This document shows, one piece after another, positions 57,654 through 64,000 of a stretch of 64,000 nucleotides of DNA. The DNA comes from Candidatus Latescibacterota bacterium. Lineage in GTDB: Bacteria > Latescibacterota > UBA2968 > GCA-2709665. The notes beneath the pieces are model-generated. The model did no database searches and was not told the DNA's origin. It saw only the letters and a program-made list of their open reading frames with translations. The stretch lies in NCBI GenBank assembly GCA_963667175.2, contig CAXXXF010000007.1, positions 96,001 through 160,000 on the forward strand. The letters run 5' to 3'. Made by a program: the position numbers and the translations under genes. Each line of letters opens with the position of its first letter. The stretch's first letter is position 1.

Positions 57654-60389
57654 ATGGAGACCCATGCCCATCCAGTACGACACCCCAGGACCCTGTTCAA
57701 GTCACAGGATCTGGGAGTCGCCCGCGAAAACATCGAGCGCCACGCGTGGGCGCGGCGATTTCTGGAGAATCTCCTGGAGGCGGTGGCCACGGTTCGCCAC
57801 GTGACGGCGGACGATCTGAAGGATTGGATTCCCCGGGAAACGCCAAACAGCGAACTGTTTACCATGTGTCCCGCGTGCGAAGCGGCCCCGGTGCACGGAC
57901 ACTATGAATGGAAACCGGAGAATCCCGACCAGCTGGTCTGCACGACCTGCGGGACCGTCTACCCCAATTCGGACTTCCCCGAAGAGGTGGTATTCAGGAC
58001 CGACTTCGGCGGGGGTCAGGAAATCACGTACTACACGGGCCGGCACTGGGACCTCATCGGGTTTCCCTTTGTCTCGTCATGGACCGCCAATATCCGCGCC
58101 CGCAAATGCGAGTATATGGCGCGAATGGCGCGACAGTGCGCGCTGGCCTACGTCCTGACGCAGGAGGTCGGACACGCCGAAAACGCCAGGGATATCCTCC
58201 TGCGATTCGCCGAGGTCTATCCCGGCTATATGGTTCACTCCGGGTACGGCGAATTCTCGGACGCGCCGGCGGAGGTCGCCGCGAGAAATATCCTGGATCT
58301 GCCCAGGCCGGAACTGGTGGTGCCGCCAAACCGGCCGGACCGAAAACTGCACGTGGGGTACTGGATGGCCGGACGCGCGACGGGCGTGGGCATGGAGGGC
58401 ACGTTCGTCTCCGACGTCACCGTCGCCTACGACCTCACACGCGGCGCGAAGACCGACGGCCGACCCGTGTACACCCCGGTCGATTGCCGGAAGATTGAAC
58501 GCGACCTCCTGCTTGAAAGTACGATCCTGCTGCTCGCGGACCCGAACTTCAATAACAAGAGCGCGACCAACCGCTCTGCCGCGGGCCTTGTCGGCCTCTG
58601 TCTCGATGATCCGGACCTGGTCCGTTTTGGCCTGGACGGGTTCAATCATTTCGTCTACGACTGGTTCCTGGAAGACGGCATGAGTTCCGAATCGCCCGGG
58701 TACGGATTCATGACGCTCAACGGCATTCGGCATTTCGCCGACGCGGCGCATGGGTACTCCTTCCCCGCGGACGCCGCCTTGCCGGAAGGGCGCCGGCAGG
58801 AACTGGACGTCTACGGCGACAGCCGTTACAGGGCCGTGCTGGAGGGATACGTCGCCAGTCCCATGCCCGATCTGGGCTATGGCGTCATCGCCGACGACGT
58901 AACCGCGTGCAGGATGTCCGTCGATATCGCCGATATCATCGCCGCCCGATACGGGGGCGCGAACCACGTCGCCCTCCTCGCCGAGCTGTGCGAATTCGAT
59001 CTGGATAATCACGGCGGGGAGTACGCCCTGTTCCACCGCGCCCCGGACTTGAAAGCCGACCCGTCGGCGCCCCTCGTCCTGACCGACCGGTTCTTTCCCG
59101 CCCTGCGCATCGGCCTCCTGCGCACCGGCGAACGCGGACGCGCGAGTACCGCTCTTCTAAGCGCCTCGGATTGGGGTGGACATCACCACGAGGACAGTCT
59201 GAACCTTGTTTACTGGAAGGACGGGTACGAAGCCCTGACCGACCTCGGATACCTTTGGGACCGGCCCGACAAATTCAATACCGTTCGTTCCATCGCGCAC
59301 AACACCGTGATCGTTGACGAGCAGGACCAGAAACGCGACGGGCGGGGCGGCAGCTTGCACCTGTTTGACACCGGCGGACCCGTAAAGGTGGCCGAGGTCT
59401 CGTCCCGGGCTTACGACGTCGACACCTATCGCCGCCTGTGCGCCGTAATCGACCACGGCGCCGGGGACAGCTATCTGCTCGACTGCTTCAGCGTCAACGG
59501 CGGCCGTGTTCACGATTATCTGTTCCACGGGCCGGCGGCGGAAGGCACGCTCCGGAACCTGGAGCTTCAACCGACCGACGCCGCCTGGCACGATCTGGAG
59601 AACGTGACGGCCGCTCGGACAGACGCGCCGTGGTCCATCCACTTCGACCGGGACGGCCAGCGGTTCACCGCCTACGCGCTGCCGGATGGCAGGGAACAGG
59701 TGCTTGTCGGAAAGGGATGGGGCGAACGGGGCACCGGCTCACGCGAAAACGTCCGGACCGGGGAGACCGTTCCTTACGTCATCCGCCGCCGTACCGGCGC
59801 CCCCGCCGGCAGCGTCTATCTCGGCCTCTTCGACGTCAGTCCCCGTACCCGTCCGTTCGTAACCTCGGTGGAGCGCGTGACGTCCGGGACCCGCGATGCC
59901 GTGGGTGTCCGTGTTACACACGAATCGGGCACAGATCTCGTAGCGGTCTGCCGGGAGGGTCGAACCGCTGTTCTCGACTTCCCGGAAGGCACTCTCGAAT
60001 CGAATGGCCGCGTTTCCGTATTCTCCCTGGCGCACGACGGAAAACTGAGGTTCTCGTACCTTATCGGCGGCACGACGTCCAGACTGAACCTCCACGTGCT
60101 CGAACTGCGGGACCCGGTTCTGGGTGGCGCAATTTCGGACGTGATCACGGACAACGTCAACAGCCTGTACCGAATCGACCGGCCGCTGACCGAACGGGGT
60201 CTGGTCGGCGGCACGCTGCTGGTCCGGGGGGGACCCTATGACACGGGTTTTCCCATCCTTCACGTCGAATCGCACGACCGATCGGCACGCGTCTACACCA
60301 AACGCGACGGTGTCGGGTACGATGCCATACCCGCCAAGACGTGGGAGATCGTATCCGGCGTCAGTACCGAACATCCAGCTAATGATTGA
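57654..60389 (+). CDS. Large heparinase II/III-family protein with N-terminal zinc ribbon
   Basis: CPAC...CTTC, DGMSSESPGY, GHHHEDSLNL, DLGY, AHNTVIVD. Confidence 0.8.
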   Translation: METHAHPVRHPRTLFKSQDLGVARENIERHAWARRFLENLLEAVATVRHVTADDLKDWIPRETPNSELFTMCPACEAAPVHGHYEWKPENPDQLVCTTCGTVYPNSDFPEEVVFRTDFGGGQEITYYTGRHWDLIGFPFVSSWTANIRARKCEYMARMARQCALAYVLTQEVGHAENARDILLRFAEVYPGYMVHSGYGEFSDAPAEVAARNILDLPRPELVVPPNRPDRKLHVGYWMAGRATGVGMEGTFVSDVTVAYDLTRGAKTDGRPVYTPVDCRKIERDLLLESTILLLADPNFNNKSATNRSAAGLVGLCLDDPDLVRFGLDGFNHFVYDWFLEDGMSSESPGYGFMTLNGIRHFADAAHGYSFPADAALPEGRRQELDVYGDSRYRAVLEGYVASPMPDLGYGVIADDVTACRMSVDIADIIAARYGGANHVALLAELCEFDLDNHGGEYALFHRAPDLKADPSAPLVLTDRFFPALRIGLLRTGERGRASTALLSASDWGGHHHEDSLNLVYWKDGYEALTDLGYLWDRPDKFNTVRSIAHNTVIVDEQDQKRDGRGGSLHLFDTGGPVKVAEVSSRAYDVDTYRRLCAVIDHGAGDSYLLDCFSVNGGRVHDYLFHGPAAEGTLRNLELQPTDAAWHDLENVTAARTDAPWSIHFDRDGQRFTAYALPDGREQVLVGKGWGERGTGSRENVRTGETVPYVIRRRTGAPAGSVYLGLFDVSPRTRPFVTSVERVTSGTRDAVGVRVTHESGTDLVAVCREGRTAVLDFPEGTLESNGRVSVFSLAHDGKLRFSYLIGGTTSRLNLHVLELRDPVLGGAISDVITDNVNSLYRIDRPLTERGLVGGTLLVRGGPYDTGFPILHVESHDRSARVYTKRDGVGYDAIPAKTWEIVSGVSTEHPAND

Positions 60390-60414
60390 CAAATTCGGTC
60401 GATTTTGTTACGTT
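60386..60414 (+). promoter_or_regulatory. sigma70 promoter
   Basis: TTGACA-17 nt-TACGTT. Confidence 0.55.
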
Positions 60415-60492
60415 GAAAGGTCTTATCCCAATCTTGCAACGCCAGCATTCGAAGGTTGACTCCAGGCTCGCACACCGCCGTCTCTAAGCCCT

Positions 60493-61458
60493 ATGTTAGA
60501 CCAGATACTTCAGCCCATTCAGCCCCAGATCCGGCGTTTCGAAAGGCGATTCACGGAGACGCTGGCCTCCGACGTCAATCTGGTTCAGGCCATGGGCAGC
60601 CATATCCTGACGACGAAGGGCAAGATCATTCGTCCGGCCCTTTCTCTCCTTACCGCACAGGCCATCGGACGATGTTCGGACCGGGTGGTGGATGCCGCCG
60701 CCGGCATTGAAATCATTCACACGGCGACCCTGATCCACGATGACGTCATCGACCTTGCCGACAAACGCCGGGGCGCGGAGGTGCTCAACCTGAGATGGGG
60801 CAATAAAGCAGCCGTTCTGATGGGCGACTTCCTGCTGGCCAGGGCATTGCAACTCCTGGTCGGTCTCGATTCCATGGAGGTCATGCGAGCCGCCACACGC
60901 GCAGTCAGCCGGATGATCGAGGGTGAGATTCTGGAGGTGGAGAGCGGAAACGACGCTGAAGCGGCGCGCTATTTCAACATGATCGACAAGAAGACGGCAT
61001 CGCTCATGGCACTGGCCTGCGAGGTTGGCGCCATATTGGGGGGCGGCACCCCCGAGCAGGTCTCACGGATGTCCGCGTTTGGCAAGGAAGTGGGTATCGC
61101 CTTCCAGATCACCGACGACCTGCTGGACTTTATCGGGGACGAAGCGTCACTCGGAAAGCCGGTGGGCACAGACGTCCGTGAGAAAAAACTGACGTTGCCA
61201 CTGATTCGCGCTCTGGCCAATTGCCCCAACGGCGACGCCGAACAGATCCAGGCAAAAGTGCGCAACGGCATTGAAACCGATGCCGAACTCCAGGACGTCT
61301 TCCATTTCGTACGGCGTTACGACGGCATCGAAGCCGCCCGCCGGGAAGCGCGGCAGTACGCCTCCTCCGGCCTGAAGAGCCTGGCCGAACTGAATTCGTC
61401 GGACGCCAGAAATGCGCTGGAACTCGCCGTAAGACACGTGGTCGATCGACGTAAGTAG
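60493..61458 (+). CDS. Long-chain polyprenyl diphosphate synthase (IspB-like)
   Basis: GK.IRP, HDDVID..DKRRG, KTA, FQITDDLLD. Confidence 0.94.
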   Translation: MLDQILQPIQPQIRRFERRFTETLASDVNLVQAMGSHILTTKGKIIRPALSLLTAQAIGRCSDRVVDAAAGIEIIHTATLIHDDVIDLADKRRGAEVLNLRWGNKAAVLMGDFLLARALQLLVGLDSMEVMRAATRAVSRMIEGEILEVESGNDAEAARYFNMIDKKTASLMALACEVGAILGGGTPEQVSRMSAFGKEVGIAFQITDDLLDFIGDEASLGKPVGTDVREKKLTLPLIRALANCPNGDAEQIQAKVRNGIETDAELQDVFHFVRRYDGIEAARREARQYASSGLKSLAELNSSDARNALELAVRHVVDRRK

Positions 61459-61520
61459 GTCGACGCGACCCTATATCCAACTCCCGGATCCGTCGCGTTT
61501 ACAGGAGTCAAGACCATAAA

Positions 61521-64000
61521 ATGAAAAGAGAAAACGTCCGAATCCTGATTATCCTCGCGTCCATCCTGCTGGCCCTGTACTACCTCTTTCCGACGTACCG
61601 GTATTATTTCGACCCGCCGGCGGACCCTGATCGAATTGAAGCCGTCAAACGGGAAGCCGTCAACCTGGGCCTGGACCTCCAGGGCGGAATCCATCTGGTT
61701 CTCGAAGTGGACCCCACCGGTCTTTCCGAAGACGAACGGACGGACGTTGTGGACCGCGTCAAGGAAATCATCACCAACCGGGTCGATCAGTTCGGCGTGG
61801 CCGAACCCATTATCCATAGAGAGGGCGAGTGGCGTATCGTGGTCGAACTTCCCGGCGTACAGGACGTGGAGCGTGCCAAGAACCTCATACAGACGCAGGC
61901 GCGCCTCGAATTCAAGATCCTCGCGCCGGTACCCGACCGCTTCGGCGTACTCGACAAAATCGAAACGCGCCTGGCCGCGCGCGCCGGGGAAGACACCGCG
62001 AGAAAGGACGCGGCCGGCCTCTTTGAAGAGGACGCCGTGGATGAAAAACCCTCAATCAAACGGTACGTGCTCTCGCTCGGCGAAGATCTGATCGTTCCCG
62101 CCGACAGGATACAGACGGTAAAGGCACTCCTGTTTGAAGATCCGGAAATCGTGGAACTCATCCCCGGCGATACCCAGTTCCTGTGGGGAAATGAAGTGGA
62201 GGAACTCGGAGACGGCCAGAAGTACCGCCGGCTCTATTATCTGTATAAACGCATTGAAATGACCGGCGAAATCGTCCAGGATGCCAAGGTCACAAAGGGT
62301 CAGAGTTTTGAAAACGCGGGTCAGCCCATTATCAACTTTACCACAACGAACGACGGCATCAAGCTCTTCTCCCGTGTGACCGGGGCCCACCTCGAAGAAC
62401 GCATGGCCATCATTCTCGACGACCAGGTCTACTCGGCGCCCACCATTCGCGCAAAAATCCGGGATGGGCGGTCCATTATCGAAGGCAGCGGCGACCTGGA
62501 AGAGGCAAAGGACCTGGCTATCGTGCTGCGGGCAGGGGCCCTGCCGGCCAACGCGCCGATTGTGGAAGACCGGACGGTTGGTCCTTCGCTGGGAAGGGAC
62601 TCCATCGAGCAGGGACGGAAAGCCGCGCTGATCGGCCTGGCCATTGTCATGGTATTTATGATTCTCTACTACGGCCTCTCCGGGCTCGTGGCCAATTTTG
62701 CGCTATTCCTGAACCTCGTGTTTGTGATGGCCATCCTGGCCGGCTTCGGCGGCACGCTCACCCTTCCCGGAATCGCCGGGATTATCCTCACGATCGGTAT
62801 GGCCGTGGACGCCAACGTGCTCATTTTCGAGCGCATTCGCGAGGAACTGCGCAACGGCAAGACCCTTCGCGTCGCTGTCGAAGACGGGTACGGCCGGGCG
62901 CTGCTTACGATTGTCGACGCCAATATCACCACGGTCATTACCGCGGTCGTGCTTTACCAGTTTGGAACGGGTCCGATCCGGGGCTTCGCGCTGACGCTTA
63001 TGGTCGGTATCCTCTGCAGCATGTACACCGCGCTGTTCGTCACACGGACCCTTTTCAATATCGCGATCAATCGCTGGCAACTCAGCTCCATCAGCATCGG
63101 CAGACTGACCATATTCCGCCGACCGTCATTCGACTTCCTCAGTCTGCGCAAGCCCGCGTTCGTGCTATCGGCGTTTGTTATCCTGATCGGTCTGGGTTCC
63201 ACAATTACCAGGGGTGGCTACAACCTCGGCATCGACTTCGCGGGAGGCACGCTGCTTGAGTTGCACTTTGATCCTCCGGTGCAAGTCGCCAGCCTTCGGG
63301 ATGCCCTTGAAGACGTCGACGTGAAGGGGGAAAAACGGGACCTGAGACACAGCGAAATCAAGGTTTTCGGACCTGCTTCCGATATTCTGATTCGGGTTGA
63401 AGAAGAAGCGGAAGGGACAGTCACGGCGGACGCCATAAAGAACACGCTCAAGGCGCAATTCGCGTCCAGCATTCCGGATCCCGCGCAGTGGCTGAGGCGC
63501 CAGGAGGCCGTTGGGCCCAAGATTGGCAGCGAACTCAAGCAGAACGCGGTCAACGCGATTCTCGTCTCTCTGGTTCTGATTGTGCTCTACATCTGGTGGC
63601 GCTTCAAGCAGATTCAGTTCGGTATCGCCGCCGTCGTGGCTCTGTTCCACGACGTGCTGATCACGTTGGGCGTATTTTCCCTGATGGACAAGGAGATCTC
63701 TCTTGCCATCGTGGCTGCGCTGCTCACGATCGTCGGTTATTCGTTGAACGACACCATCGTGGTGTACGACCGTATTCGCGAAAATCGAAAGCTTTACCGG
63801 CGAGACAGTGCGGCAGAGGTCATCAACCGGAGCATCAACGAGAGCCTCAATCGTACCGTTCTCACCTCCGGCACAACGTTGCTCGTTGTCCTGGGCCTGC
63901 TGCTCCTCGGCGGGGAGGTCATTCGCGATTTTGCGTTTGCACTGATGATCGGGGTGATCGTAGGGACCTATTCCTCGTCGTTCGTGGCCAGTCCTCTCGT
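61521..64000 (+). CDS. secDF: Protein translocase SecDF fusion (runs off the window)
   Basis: Not in the ORF track. LGLDLQGG, GMAVDANVLIFERIREE, then in the same frame LGIDFAGG and GYSLNDTIVVYDRIREN. Confidence 0.95.
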   Translation, partial: MKRENVRILIILASILLALYYLFPTYRYYFDPPADPDRIEAVKREAVNLGLDLQGGIHLVLEVDPTGLSEDERTDVVDRVKEIITNRVDQFGVAEPIIHREGEWRIVVELPGVQDVERAKNLIQTQARLEFKILAPVPDRFGVLDKIETRLAARAGEDTARKDAAGLFEEDAVDEKPSIKRYVLSLGEDLIVPADRIQTVKALLFEDPEIVELIPGDTQFLWGNEVEELGDGQKYRRLYYLYKRIEMTGEIVQDAKVTKGQSFENAGQPIINFTTTNDGIKLFSRVTGAHLEERMAIILDDQVYSAPTIRAKIRDGRSIIEGSGDLEEAKDLAIVLRAGALPANAPIVEDRTVGPSLGRDSIEQGRKAALIGLAIVMVFMILYYGLSGLVANFALFLNLVFVMAILAGFGGTLTLPGIAGIILTIGMAVDANVLIFERIREELRNGKTLRVAVEDGYGRALLTIVDANITTVITAVVLYQFGTGPIRGFALTLMVGILCSMYTALFVTRTLFNIAINRWQLSSISIGRLTIFRRPSFDFLSLRKPAFVLSAFVILIGLGSTITRGGYNLGIDFAGGTLLELHFDPPVQVASLRDALEDVDVKGEKRDLRHSEIKVFGPASDILIRVEEEAEGTVTADAIKNTLKAQFASSIPDPAQWLRRQEAVGPKIGSELKQNAVNAILVSLVLIVLYIWWRFKQIQFGIAAVVALFHDVLITLGVFSLMDKEISLAIVAALLTIVGYSLNDTIVVYDRIRENRKLYRRDSAAEVINRSINESLNRTVLTSGTTLLVVLGLLLLGGEVIRDFAFALMIGVIVGTYSSSFVASPL

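Overview
High-GC bacterial chromosomal window with no prophage, CRISPR array, rRNA or tRNA that I can recognise. Housekeeping genes (coaX-birA-nadC-uvrB, prmA, ssb, HU, rho, rpmE-prfA-prmC, xth, a polyprenyl synthase, fused secDF) are mixed with many carbohydrate and organic-acid catabolic genes: five xylose-isomerase-like TIM barrels, two PhyH dioxygenases, an enolase-superfamily dehydratase and several heparinase II/III-like proteins. The gene content suggests an FCB-group organism such as Latescibacterota (inference only). Main items: (1) a cytoplasmic PAS kinase and NtrC-type activator directly upstream of a complete sigma54 promoter (duplicated 13-bp enhancer, IHF-like site, -24/-12 box) in front of a PTS-EIIA gene and an alternative sigma70 gene, i.e. 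a putative sigma54-to-sigma70 cascade; (2) an orphan 850-aa XPB-N-terminal-like + WYL protein behind a structured leader that ends in a terminator; (3) a structured ncRNA candidate behind a second sigma54 box upstream of uvrB; (4) four copies of a ~200-bp MITE carrying 19-30-bp palindromes, with filled and empty sites visible across copies; (5) a bacterial OSGIN-like flavoprotein; (6) a DksA-finger fusion gene pair. A cluster of frameshifts at about 35.0-38.1 kb, including two in ssb, is most likely assembly error. All family assignments come from motif recognition by eye; no searches were run.
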